This document shows, piece by piece, positions 20,401 through 29,564 of a DNA stretch of 55,075 nucleotides. Both the position numbers and the translations under genes were made by a program. Position 1 is the first letter of the stretch. Each line of letters opens with the position of its first letter. The notes beneath the pieces were generated by a model. The model did no database searches and had not been told where the DNA came from. It was given only the letters and a program-made list of their open reading frames with translations. The stretch is from a virus (Duplodnaviria; Caudoviricetes): IMG/VR virus record IMGVR_UViG_3300036719_004687, positions 1-55,075 of that record. One strand, written 5' to 3'.

Positions 20401-23400
20401 TAGTGGAGATTTATCGGCAGCACTTAAAAGATTATCTATAGAAGCTAGCGATGTTAACATTAAAAATGTAAAATCTGCACTGGGTGCTGATTTACGAAAT
20501 TTAGAAAATGTTGGACAACAAGCTCAGTTTGGTGCTAGTGGTAGTGCTAGAGATTGGCTGGAATTTACGCGAAATCTTCCTCTTATTGGTGGTTTGGTTA
20601 CCAGTGTTACTGGAGGTAATCAAGAAGCTGAAGCTAGACAAGCTGTAGTAGCTGGAATAGAAAGGGCTTTTGATAGCGCTAATAGGCTGGGAGATATTAA
20701 TAGATCTGGTGCTCCATTAGCTCAAATACAAGGATTATTATCACAGGCTAATCAAGCAGCCGAGGATGCTGGGGGCATAAAAACAGAAGCTGGACAAAAA
20801 GCTAGAGATGAAATTTTAGCTCGTGGAAGTCAAGCATATCAACAACTCAGAGCACAAGGTGCTAGTGCAGACTCCATATTTAAAGCTGCTGGAATGAAAG
20901 AAGCACAACAGCAGGGCAGAGACGTATCTAAAGAATTAAAAATGCCAGGAGGTGAACAAAAATTAATAGAAGAAGGTAAAAGAGCATTAGCTATTCAAGA
21001 AGAAGCTGCACTCAAACAAGAACTAGTTGCCGATGCTATGAGAAACGTATCGGTACAATCTGATAATTTGATTGATATGTATCGAAGAATGCAAGCAGGA
21101 TTAGAAAGACTTGGACAAAGTATAGATACTATTAAAAATAGAGCTAATGATGCGGCTAATGTTTTAATGGGTCAGGCTTCCATTACTAATGTAGATAGAC
21201 GTAGTGAACAAGTCCTAGGTAATATAAGTGCTTATTCATCTAATGAAGTAGCATCTGTGGCTGAACAAACGGCAGTTATTGCTGGCGGGGGTGAAGAGGG
21301 TAAAAGATTAGCAGATCAAATTAAAGCAAATAAGTTATTAACAGATCAGTTACCCAAACTATTAAAAGGGGCTACTGGACAAAATGTTGGTGGTGTAGTT
21401 GACGAACTAGAAAAAATGTTTGCACAAGCTCAATTAACAGCACCGGCTGGATTATTTGATTCTATTGAACAAGAGCTACAAAGTAAACTACAAGGAAGAG
21501 AAGAAAGTTCTATTGGAGATTTAGCAGAAGAGTTGGATATTGTTGGAATAGCATCTAAAACAACTGGTGAAGCCTTAAAAACTTCACAAATTTTGCAAAA
21601 ACAATATAATGATGCTACACAAACCGTGACCGATTTAATGAATCAATATGGAAAAGCTCTCAATGAAGCTACTGAATGGCAATTAAGGGCCACAGATATT
21701 AGAGCCAGAGCAGATATTCAATTAGCGGAAACTTTAGGTAAAACATTAAGTTTAGCTGAACAAAATGCACCACAACAACAAAGAATTTTAGGTTTAACTA
21801 GTGGTGTTATACAAGGAGGCTCTTTAGATCCTAATAAGATTTTTGCCACAATGACCGCCGCTATAGCAGAATTAGGTCAAGCAGGAACGGAAAATAAACC
21901 AGCTACAGGTATGTATGCTGAATTAGACAAAGTCAAAGGAACCCCAGCAGAAGCAGAACAGCTAGCACTAATTGCAAAACAGAACAATGCTATTAATAAT
22001 AGTAGAAAAGCATTAGAAGAGCTAGCAAACGATGGTTCAGCAGCAGCTAATGCATTAAAAAGACTACAAGAGCAACAGAAGGTGGCAGCAGGATCTGTAA
22101 ACTTTTTGCAAAAAGTATTAACCAGTGATGCTACTGAATTGGATAAGATGAATAAAGGACTAGCTGCATATACTAAATTAGTGAGCGGTAAAGCTACGGC
22201 TGGTGATATTAATAGTCTACAATTTAGACAACAGGCGTTTGGTGGTTTGCAAGAAATGCAGGGACTATTACCAGATAGTGTGTTCAATCAGATGCAAGCT
22301 AAGATGAGTGAAGCTATGATTGATGCTATGCCTGGTGGATCAGATATGTTGGATAGAAGTACAGGTGCATTATATACTGCCGATGAAATTGATCCCGCTA
22401 CTGGACAAAAAAGGGCAGTTACTAAAGAAATGACCTTTAGACAAGCTTTAAGGATGAGGGCAGAAGGTAAAGATCCAGTGCAGCAACAATTTATAGATGC
22501 TTATAACGCTGCTGTACAGGCCCAACAGGACGCTGCTAGGCTTTTAGCCACCTCGTCTGTTCAAGCTGCCGAAACTTTTAAACAAGCAGCAACAGAGGCA
22601 CTACAAGCAAGAAATGAAGCACCACGATCAATTTTAGAAAGAGCCAAAACAGAAGCAGAAGCTGTGGTAACTCCACCAACAGAAAAACCAAGAGAAAATA
22701 CACTAGTTAAAACCGAAGCACAACTTGATGCAGAGGCGAAGGATAAAGATCCTTTATCTTTAGGCTTAGAAAATGTGAACACAAGTATATCTAATCTTAC
22801 TACAGCTATATATACTTTGGCCGGTACTATTACAGCATTAGTTGGTGCTATAGCAGCATACAAAACCATACAATCTGCTGGTGGTATTGGTAATGCTATA
22901 GGAAGCGCTGTGGATATGGTTCGTGGCCGTCGCAGAAGAACTGGATTTGGTGGTTCTGACGCTCCATCAGCAGGATCTCGCGCTGCTGGAAATGCTAGAA
23001 AAAATGCTCGTTATGATTCAGATGGTGTTCGTGGAGAAGCAAGTCGCGCTCCTAAAACACAAGCAGATATTGATGCTCAAAGAAAAAGGATTGAAGCTAA
23101 ACGTACGAAAGCAGAGCAAGGCACAACTCCAAAAAAACCAGTAGTGGCCACGCCCACTCCAGATGTCAAACCCAAAGTTTCAGTTACTCCACCTCCTGTT
23201 CCTGGTAAAACAATTGTTGGCCAATTTCCACCACCTGAAGCTCCCAAACCTCAAGTTAAACCAGATATTGTACCACCACCAGTTCCTGGAAAAACAATAG
23301 TTGGCCAATTTCCTCCTAAAACTGAAGCATCACTACCAAAATCAGCCACAAAAGCAGCTGGTGCTGTAGTTGATGCGGCTTCATCATTAGACGAAGTTGT

Positions 23401-25981
23401 TACCGTTGCTCAAAGCGTTGCAAATATTGCTAGTGGCCAAGGCACAGCACAAGATGTTGTATATGGAGCAACCAGCGCTTTAGAAATTGCTAATCAGACT
23501 GGTGTTGCTAGTAAAATGCCAGGATTAGCCAAGGCTGGAGCTGGTGTTAGTGGCACATCAGGATTCTTAGCATTAAATACAGTTATTAGTGGCATAACTA
23601 ATGCTCTTGAATTTGCTATGGATCGAGCAAAATACTCTCAGAAGATGCAAGATAAATCAGATACTGGGCTAGAACGAGCACAGACTAGAGATTATACTGG
23701 TTTTATTACTGATAGTTTATATGGCGCGTTAGAAGGTTTAATGGATCCTATTGGTAAAATTGTAGAAGCTAGATATGTTATTAAAGATTTATATAGCGAT
23801 GTATCTAATACTGTTGAAGCTGAAGCTAAAACAAAAAGAATTGAACAAAAAGGCAAAGACATTAGAGCCGAACAACGAGGAGAACAAGGCAAGGCACTAA
23901 ATGCCTTACCTATGATAGAACAAAATAGAGCTATGGAAGAAGCTCAAAATAAACTAGAGCTTAAGAAGGCTCAAGAAATTAAAAATCGCGGTGGTTCATT
24001 AGCTGATTTTGCTAAAACATTCGATGTATCAGAATCTTCATTAGGCGTTGGCTCATTAGATGAATTGATAGCCAAACGAGAAGCAACTATTCAAGCATTA
24101 CCGCAAGATAGAATGGGAGCTAGAAAACAAGAGAAGAAAGGAACATGGGACTGGAGCAGCAATGCCGACCCCAAGGGCTTCTCAGATGCTGTTCAACAAG
24201 AACTTGAATTTAGAGAATCTCAACTTGGTAAACCATTATCTGCAATGGAGCAGATGGCTAATGAAGCAACTAAGCCGGGTAGTATTTATACTCATGATAT
24301 TCATTTAGCTAAAATTTTAGAAAAATTTGTTGGTGGCTCAAGCGTTGCCGGTGCCGCTGCCTCAATGATAGATAATGAATCTCTTAAGAAAATATCAGAA
24401 GGTGCTGGACAAGCACTACAAAAGGGTGCAACATCTATTTATGATACTTTAACTAACACAGATAAGATGAAAAATGTGACCCAAAAAGCTACCACAACAC
24501 TACTTAATCCTAATGAAAGTTTAGCTAAGGGCAAGGATTATATAACATCATTCTTTAAGACTAAGTCCCCAGGTATGTCAAAATTGGCAGATGCTAAACT
24601 CGATACGAATAATAAAGATATTATTAAATACTTTACTGATCCTAATGCTTTTAATCTTAAAACTGCTGATGGTATGGATGTTCCAACAGCAACTACCAGT
24701 TGTGAATGTGATTTATTAACTCAAATATTAGCCGCTATTAAAGACTATTATAATGCACTCAATCAAAAAATTACATCACCCACATCTTTGACACCATCAG
24801 CACCTATAGCCGCACCAACACCTCCAGGAGTTATACCGCCAACAGATATGGCACCAACTCCTATTCCAACACCAGAAGTAAAACCCGAAGTTGTTGCTCC
24901 AGCAGAAAAAGAAAAAACTAATGAATTTACTCTAGGCGAAGACTACGTAACACGCGCTGAAAAACAATATGCTCCAACACCAGAAAGAAAAGCATTTGTA
25001 CAAAACGAACTTAAGGATGCTAGAAAAAGAGCAAGAATGGGTAAGAAATCTGCTACTGATGATAGTGTTATTAGTGCTAGTACTTTTGAATTAAGAAATA
25101 TAGCACAAGCTGAAAAAGTTAAGAAGAGAGAGGAATATCTATTAAAACAAAATCCAAAAACTCGTGCTAGACTAATGACTAAGGCTGAAAAAGAAGCTGG
25201 CTTAGGAGACAAGCTAGAAGCTATTGAAAGAGATCGTGAAATATCTAGTCAAGGATATGCTACTAAAAATATTAATGATACTACTAATGGAAAAATGACA
25301 GTTATTGGTACGAGCCAACCAACACAATTTGATAAAGATAATAGAATGGCAATGCCAACAGCTACTGCATTAAATCCCCAACAACAAGAAGCCTTAAATA
25401 GAGCTGGCGCAATGGCTCAAGAACATAATCAAAAAATGTCTGAATTACAACGTAGACAAGATGCTGGAGAAACATTAACGCCACAAGAAAGCAATGCTCT
25501 ATCTGTTCATAGAAATGGGCAAACAGCAGAACAAAATATATTAAGTCAGTATCCAACACCAGTACCATCTAATATACCTAAGCCAGTAGAATATACTCGT
25601 CAGGTTCAAACTACTGAAAATAGAGGATCATTAGATGGTGGAGCACAAGGGGATAGAAATAATATTAATGGAATGAATGGTGGTTTACTATCTATTGATC
25701 CTAAGAGTCTAGCAGGACTTACCACATTTAATAGTTCTTTTGCTACTTATGTTGATAAATTAGTTAATCATCAATTCCCACCAATCGAAGGTAAGGTTGA
25801 TATTAATCATAAATTAGAAGTCAATATGACAGGGGCGGCATCTATAGCTACGCTTGAAAAACGCTTACAAGAACTAGCAGTAGCATTAATTGCTCCAAAG
25901 ATCGAAGAATTACGTAAAGACATTAAGAAATTTATACCAGATCTACAACCATCAGGAACCAAGGGCGAAACTAAGAATTAA
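14498..25981 (+). CDS. Tail tape measure protein (3827 aa) with an internal multi-domain cassette array
   Basis: N-terminal TP901-like TMP core (RRFAAFSI, AETIATGLRTIFTRI), Ala/Gly-rich helical and hydrophobic glycine-zipper segments, position after tail tube and chaperones. Confidence 0.92.
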   Translation: MAKGFNLTAQINLQGPSNLKPIVADIKRQLGTVSSNVKINLDAKSAKAVDNVTSRLQAMNAVLVQAKQNTDSLSASLRNLSSSLGTVQSAGSKTSSAMNNTAVNAKNVAKNLKVATTEMEEFGKQSALAIRRFAAFSIVTSGIYGLINAINSGFKAFINFDKELIKLQQVTGKGATGIALLEKSITSLATSLGVSSESLISVASTLAQAGLSAEDTRIALAALAKTELAPSFDNLTDTTEGAIAALRQFELQAGELEGALGSINAVAAAFAVESKDIISAIQRTGGVFAAASKGVSEGTDALNEFVAIFTSVRQTTRESAETIATGLRTIFTRIQRARTIDQLKQFGVELTDLEGKFVGPYEAIKRLSEGLRGLDPRDLRFSQIVEELGGFRQIGKVIPLIQQFAVAQEALKVAQKGQGSLAEAQVVAQKSLANQIAKVREQFLALIRDVGKSSAFQGMFQIVTGLTSGLISLAGAFKPILPILAIMGTVKGIKAIGEFGSGFVGGLKKGGGAGNVGSNIGGSISGAKDKEKADATNRASKVIQDNTNAIQTLTSAINKLTSAVSSKTSGSTTLNSGGIVKFATGGVVPGSGNRDTVPALLTPGEFVIRKKAVETIGAGNLHKMNKYALGGKVELSGQQLKATYKSLSDIVNNKEKYTANVVPVPIDDISVIKDMKKRKDKYPSMPQWKNFEVSVGKKYGLPTAGGNKFLDYPSKPGEAKFLRPDQGYGNDPETGFIKGNNNETMLAKLIGAGLYRPNRKIYTYYPKSLSKFNQFAIGGLVQKFAGGGKALGARSKFKELTSEEMDQLSTQELIQYGKDLAQDIFTTGGAGMAVGHEFIEVPKEKIIPELDQYLTSYIGKRGFWKEKIARFGQPAKITKNNDVSNRQNALESQVARQSDEVAAREQNWTAIKAGSAIDNYLLQSLQDPILTDYKTVRGSGSLDKAFHNTRLRQAVNKALENYDDFDYSAANIDKLVSSMAAKRFMYGGPVQKFMAGGVAESLSADSLYAQILELGNPQDVRGLAGGSSFIDQKLKAVQTSDKPATSKEIFKKNFLLSDRSKPYLSTIQELLEIANSNKKRPRIFTDAEKASATKLGLVGMFPFGVDELLYEQIGDRIVAIQMKSLTQDKAGIVDQMRKEIDAVLGRTTASLYGTSGQDLSTTTKEGLGLGNLEGYMIEAILAKAGANPGKLDDRSVDYASGLGNAASLFGIDPNIPTEVKRDVKGGLSKARDNFKNYFAKFAFGGKATGPSFEDVRKQILDKYPQINFRISKRKRGFGYNILGGLKQEGDNVGNYADFQQASNLEQLSALADKMANQLQYVYGPNIDPSLLKKKQKKFALGGLAEATGEMSSLMSGLYGNRSQEQNLPQKKEKEFGKIGLRSDGSEITATYFKNQTREGFVTAKKAADNLYTVGLSKATKGYGPRLYDVVMEAATSAGGMLTSDRNSVSGAARAVWDYYFNNRGDVKKTPLDPSQWTKNQSLIDPKLYGKKETWPPSTDPAWILQSGYSKNAELINSSEIINMNDPKYKQFLDSQKVSFMTQAVLAGNMRNNGGSIKKFAKGGSAEDTVPALLTPGEFVINKKAAKRIGYNKLHKLNKADKLQGYNKGGSVGMIQKFGAGGSPQPWPKDLMKYTTENKLALAAEQAEFFAYKAKEAGQTVSQFSKTLATKVVSRARDLQTNLKNKQTGLKYSVLGQADELKGSNNKDILKKAVEDFSNQIQEIDPSKSADEVKKTAQAIVRGLRDGLSLDAIKKKSQDVADVFSKVYKEGEATQEALKLVAKEAGMSSEALQRGVGSNRIRQEQFIQSDAGQNFGRLAQLIPDKLEKLSKTGFGKGFTGLANALSGKGLSEKLEKSFGKVGGFIGDKLDAIGGPLVALGSATAILGEKLPSLLGSQYATSTTAAGVAGGIGGAGQGLASGALLGMQIAGPVGAMIAGITGAVVGGISGAFEAFNQKKLENNLKALEKTSGDLSAALKRLSIEASDVNIKNVKSALGADLRNLENVGQQAQFGASGSARDWLEFTRNLPLIGGLVTSVTGGNQEAEARQAVVAGIERAFDSANRLGDINRSGAPLAQIQGLLSQANQAAEDAGGIKTEAGQKARDEILARGSQAYQQLRAQGASADSIFKAAGMKEAQQQGRDVSKELKMPGGEQKLIEEGKRALAIQEEAALKQELVADAMRNVSVQSDNLIDMYRRMQAGLERLGQSIDTIKNRANDAANVLMGQASITNVDRRSEQVLGNISAYSSNEVASVAEQTAVIAGGGEEGKRLADQIKANKLLTDQLPKLLKGATGQNVGGVVDELEKMFAQAQLTAPAGLFDSIEQELQSKLQGREESSIGDLAEELDIVGIASKTTGEALKTSQILQKQYNDATQTVTDLMNQYGKALNEATEWQLRATDIRARADIQLAETLGKTLSLAEQNAPQQQRILGLTSGVIQGGSLDPNKIFATMTAAIAELGQAGTENKPATGMYAELDKVKGTPAEAEQLALIAKQNNAINNSRKALEELANDGSAAANALKRLQEQQKVAAGSVNFLQKVLTSDATELDKMNKGLAAYTKLVSGKATAGDINSLQFRQQAFGGLQEMQGLLPDSVFNQMQAKMSEAMIDAMPGGSDMLDRSTGALYTADEIDPATGQKRAVTKEMTFRQALRMRAEGKDPVQQQFIDAYNAAVQAQQDAARLLATSSVQAAETFKQAATEALQARNEAPRSILERAKTEAEAVVTPPTEKPRENTLVKTEAQLDAEAKDKDPLSLGLENVNTSISNLTTAIYTLAGTITALVGAIAAYKTIQSAGGIGNAIGSAVDMVRGRRRRTGFGGSDAPSAGSRAAGNARKNARYDSDGVRGEASRAPKTQADIDAQRKRIEAKRTKAEQGTTPKKPVVATPTPDVKPKVSVTPPPVPGKTIVGQFPPPEAPKPQVKPDIVPPPVPGKTIVGQFPPKTEASLPKSATKAAGAVVDAASSLDEVVTVAQSVANIASGQGTAQDVVYGATSALEIANQTGVASKMPGLAKAGAGVSGTSGFLALNTVISGITNALEFAMDRAKYSQKMQDKSDTGLERAQTRDYTGFITDSLYGALEGLMDPIGKIVEARYVIKDLYSDVSNTVEAEAKTKRIEQKGKDIRAEQRGEQGKALNALPMIEQNRAMEEAQNKLELKKAQEIKNRGGSLADFAKTFDVSESSLGVGSLDELIAKREATIQALPQDRMGARKQEKKGTWDWSSNADPKGFSDAVQQELEFRESQLGKPLSAMEQMANEATKPGSIYTHDIHLAKILEKFVGGSSVAGAAASMIDNESLKKISEGAGQALQKGATSIYDTLTNTDKMKNVTQKATTTLLNPNESLAKGKDYITSFFKTKSPGMSKLADAKLDTNNKDIIKYFTDPNAFNLKTADGMDVPTATTSCECDLLTQILAAIKDYYNALNQKITSPTSLTPSAPIAAPTPPGVIPPTDMAPTPIPTPEVKPEVVAPAEKEKTNEFTLGEDYVTRAEKQYAPTPERKAFVQNELKDARKRARMGKKSATDDSVISASTFELRNIAQAEKVKKREEYLLKQNPKTRARLMTKAEKEAGLGDKLEAIERDREISSQGYATKNINDTTNGKMTVIGTSQPTQFDKDNRMAMPTATALNPQQQEALNRAGAMAQEHNQKMSELQRRQDAGETLTPQESNALSVHRNGQTAEQNILSQYPTPVPSNIPKPVEYTRQVQTTENRGSLDGGAQGDRNNINGMNGGLLSIDPKSLAGLTTFNSSFATYVDKLVNHQFPPIEGKVDINHKLEVNMTGAASIATLEKRLQELAVALIAPKIEELRKDIKKFIPDLQPSGTKGETKN
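16217..19360 (+). repeat. Dispersed protein-level repeats in the TMP: 11 [FY]xxGG motifs and 2 DTVPALLTPGEFVI boxes
   Basis: KFATGG 16238, KYALGG 16373, QFAIGG 16817, KFAGGG 16844, RFMYGG 17444, KFMAGG 17471, KFAFGG 18215, KFALGG 18506, KFAKGG 19169, GYNKGG 19307, KFGAGG 19343. Boxes at 16280 and 19196. Confidence 0.9.
23189..23317 (+). repeat. Direct repeat PPPVPGKTIVGQFPP x2 in the TMP
   Basis: 15 identical residues at 23189-23233 and 23273-23317, with synonymous codon differences. Confidence 0.9.
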
Positions 25982-25994
25982 ATAGGATAAACAT

Positions 25995-27719
25995 ATGGCA
26001 TCATATAATACTCAATTACAAGTTTATTATTGTAAACAAAGTGAAAGTCCAGGAATAATACATCGGATAGCACCAGCACCATCTATTAGTATTAGTCCAG
26101 AAATTTACTATGCTAATGATAATGTTATTGGATATACATATAATATCACATTAAATGGTTACGCAAATGCCTTAAGAAAAGAACTAGACGCTGGATCCAC
26201 AGATTTTGGCTTACCAGATACCATTACACATATGGGTGATTTAAGAGCAATCTTTAATGTGAACGGAGGCAATCTTTATATCAAACAAGGATCACAGAAT
26301 CTACTGATTGCTAAAGGCGCCACAATAAAAAGTATACAATTTAGTGAATCTGATAATAGATGGGTCAATTATGCGCCCTTTACTATTGAGTTAGAATTTA
26401 ATGAGGTAGATTTTATAGGATGTGATGGTAATGACACCATAGGTTGCAATAGTAGTATTTTTCATCAAATTAATAATGCAAAAAATATTGCTGATAAACT
26501 TATAGATATTAAACAATATAAAATTAAAGAATTTACTGATAGATGGACTATTACTATAGATAATAAAATATATGAAAATACTAATGGTGTTTTTAGAGTT
26601 AACTATAATATTTCGGCCACGGGTAAAAATTATCATATAAATGATAATCTAGTACCAGCTTGGCAACAAGCTAGATTATTTGTACAAGATAAATTATATA
26701 AACAAGTATATAGTTTAATTAATGGTAATTTACAAATAGATAGTGATAGTGGCTGTTCAGCAACTAAGAGCTTAGATCAGCTGCATCATACAGATAATAC
26801 ATCTCCACGACAGAGTGGTTTACTACAGGGTTTTAATACATTACGAGATGGTGGCTTACCAGTTTATGATATTTATAATGAGCAAATATCATGTGATTGT
26901 TCAGAAGCAGATGGATCCTTTTCTGTGACATATGAAGCACTAGTTAAACAATATGATAGTTCTAAAAACCCATTAGCTAATGCCGCATTACATACATATA
27001 CTAAAAATATTACAACAAGCACTGACCAAACTACAGAAGTTACCATTGCTATTCAAGGTAATATTCAAGGTTTAGTAAGAGGAGGTTTTATATATTATGC
27101 TGGTAATGATTTTATTTTACCTCAAAGTGGTACGTTTATTACTTCAGTAGATGGAGCAGAAACGAAATACAGTAATGCTTTAAGTTTTTATGGTACAATT
27201 GGTAGCACTACTGATCTATATGATTCAGTTAAATCTACACTAAATATAACTAAGAGTCAATTATTAATTAAAGGTACTGATGGTCTACCTTCGCCATCAA
27301 ATTTTACATTAGACCATAATTACACCGATGGTACATTATCTTATAATGCAACATATGAAAAATCTTTAGTGACAGCTTTAGAGAAAGGTTATACTAATGT
27401 TAGTATAACAAGACAAGATCCTGTTGATATTGTGCAAGAATTTATTATACCAGGTAGAATTCAGGGGCCTTTAATACAAAAACTAAATATGAAAACAGCA
27501 CGCACAGTATCTGTTAATATAGAAGGTTGGTCAGAAAGCAATAAGGGTTGTGAAATAACAGACATATGTAGTGGTATTCCATATTTTAATATTAAAAATT
27601 TTCAAAACTTATTAGTTGAAAATAATAATTGGGTAAAAACTAAAGAGGATTATAATGTAAATAAATTAGATGGTTCTTATTCTATTTCATTAGAATATAT
27701 GATTAGGAGTTGTTCATGA
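25995..27719 (+). CDS. Tail tip/distal tail-like protein, paralog A
   Basis: First gene after the TMP, beta-rich, colinear similarity to the next ORF. Confidence 0.6.
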   Translation: MASYNTQLQVYYCKQSESPGIIHRIAPAPSISISPEIYYANDNVIGYTYNITLNGYANALRKELDAGSTDFGLPDTITHMGDLRAIFNVNGGNLYIKQGSQNLLIAKGATIKSIQFSESDNRWVNYAPFTIELEFNEVDFIGCDGNDTIGCNSSIFHQINNAKNIADKLIDIKQYKIKEFTDRWTITIDNKIYENTNGVFRVNYNISATGKNYHINDNLVPAWQQARLFVQDKLYKQVYSLINGNLQIDSDSGCSATKSLDQLHHTDNTSPRQSGLLQGFNTLRDGGLPVYDIYNEQISCDCSEADGSFSVTYEALVKQYDSSKNPLANAALHTYTKNITTSTDQTTEVTIAIQGNIQGLVRGGFIYYAGNDFILPQSGTFITSVDGAETKYSNALSFYGTIGSTTDLYDSVKSTLNITKSQLLIKGTDGLPSPSNFTLDHNYTDGTLSYNATYEKSLVTALEKGYTNVSITRQDPVDIVQEFIIPGRIQGPLIQKLNMKTARTVSVNIEGWSESNKGCEITDICSGIPYFNIKNFQNLLVENNNWVKTKEDYNVNKLDGSYSISLEYMIRSCS

Positions 27720-29554
27720 CATCAATTTATCAGCCGGAAACTAAGATTTTTTATGGCGAACTAATATCAGATAATAGATTAATTCCAGCTCCTAATATGT
27801 CTATTTCTATAGAATATAACTATAGTAATGATACTATCATTGGCTATACATATATAGTAAATCTAACAGGTTTTGCAACATCATTAGATCTACGTTCGCT
27901 AAACTATGGAGATCCCATACCAGAACCATCAGAGTATAATACCGGCGCTGTATTAGATCAAATACATAAGTTACGCAAAACATTAAGTCAAAATGGGAGT
28001 ATTTTACATGTTGTTGATGGTCAAGATAATCCTATTCTAAAAGCTAAGGGTGGTATTTTACGTTCATTTAGTGTTGATGAATCTTCTAATAATTGGACAC
28101 ATTTTGCAAACTATACAGCTTCTTTAGAGTTTCATAGCATAGATTTTGGAGATGCTGTAGAAGATTGCTCGTCTATTTTCTTGGACCCATCGACATATAA
28201 TACTTCTGGTATATTAGATATTACTAATTATAAGATTAAATCTTTTAGTGATAGTTGGTCATTTAGCTTTGATGAGAATGAATCTTTTGCTAAAATTAAA
28301 AATAATGAACTAAATACTAATCTAAATATTAATAATCATAGTTTTAATATAGAATATACAATTAATGCTGTTGGTAAACATGTTTTTAACTATACTAATG
28401 AAGATACCGGCGACTCAACAATTTTACCAGCTTGGGAGCAAGCAAAAAACTTTGTTCAAGATAGATTATATAATCAGGTTACCAATCTTATTAATAATGT
28501 TATTAAAGACTCATATAGCTCTGCATGTGTAAGCTCTGATGGATTAGATGATATCTTAGCGCCGGGATCTGGAAGTGGATTATTAAAAGGTATGAATGAT
28601 GCTCAATATAATATATTTAATGAGCAAATTACATGTGAAGCATCAGAGTCCGCAGGCTCTTTTTCTGCAACATACTCAGCTATTGTTAAAAGTAGATTAG
28701 GAAATACTAGCTGGAGTTCTCAAAATACTCGTCATACAGTTTCTAAATCAGTTGCCACCACAACAGAACGCACAGGACAAAATAATACTAGTATTAGTAT
28801 AAGTGGAACTATAGAGGGCTTAATTGAAGGAGGATTAGTTAGAATTAATCAGCCTATCCAACTACCATCTAATGGTGCAATTTTAATAGCCAATAATCCT
28901 TCAACCACAAAATATAACAATGCTAAAGCTTTATTAGATCAAATTTATAGTGATTCTGATTATGGTGGTGGTTTAGGAGAGTGTGGAAAAAGAGATTTAA
29001 AACCATCTTTTAAGACAGCACTAGGTATAACCTTAGCCGCAATCAATACTTCACCAAATCCCAACGATTGCACCCCTGATGCACCACATCCTATATCTTT
29101 TAACTTGACACATGATTATAATGCTGGTACTATTAATTATAGTATAGAGTATAGTAAAAGCAAAGCTTGTGGTAAAAAATTTAGTGATATTTCAATACAG
29201 ACCACTAATCCTACCAAAGTTTTGGCCGTTTTTAATATTCCTAATAGTTATAATTGCCCAATTGTACAAGAATTAGGAACCTATACATCAAAAACAGTGT
29301 CTTTAACCATACAAGGAATAGATAGTAGTGAAATTGGACAACCTACTAATTTGGATATTGTTAGTGAAATTACTAAAGAATTAAGTTTAGGATGTTATGA
29401 TATGGGATATTTACCAGTCACATTACCACCAGCAGGCACATATATTATAACACAAAAACAATATACAAGAAATCCAATAGATGGATCTTTTACTATTAAT
29501 ATAGCATATATTTGTGGCACTACTGGCTGTTCTATACCACCATTTTTAGCTTAG
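27716..29554 (+). CDS. Tail tip/distal tail-like protein, paralog B
   Basis: ATG 27716 with SD AGGAG and ATGA overlap (preferred over TTG 27710). Paralogous to 25995-27719. Confidence 0.6.
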   Translation: MTSIYQPETKIFYGELISDNRLIPAPNMSISIEYNYSNDTIIGYTYIVNLTGFATSLDLRSLNYGDPIPEPSEYNTGAVLDQIHKLRKTLSQNGSILHVVDGQDNPILKAKGGILRSFSVDESSNNWTHFANYTASLEFHSIDFGDAVEDCSSIFLDPSTYNTSGILDITNYKIKSFSDSWSFSFDENESFAKIKNNELNTNLNINNHSFNIEYTINAVGKHVFNYTNEDTGDSTILPAWEQAKNFVQDRLYNQVTNLINNVIKDSYSSACVSSDGLDDILAPGSGSGLLKGMNDAQYNIFNEQITCEASESAGSFSATYSAIVKSRLGNTSWSSQNTRHTVSKSVATTTERTGQNNTSISISGTIEGLIEGGLVRINQPIQLPSNGAILIANNPSTTKYNNAKALLDQIYSDSDYGGGLGECGKRDLKPSFKTALGITLAAINTSPNPNDCTPDAPHPISFNLTHDYNAGTINYSIEYSKSKACGKKFSDISIQTTNPTKVLAVFNIPNSYNCPIVQELGTYTSKTVSLTIQGIDSSEIGQPTNLDIVSEITKELSLGCYDMGYLPVTLPPAGTYIITQKQYTRNPIDGSFTINIAYICGTTGCSIPPFLA

Positions 29555-29564
29555 GAATTTTATT

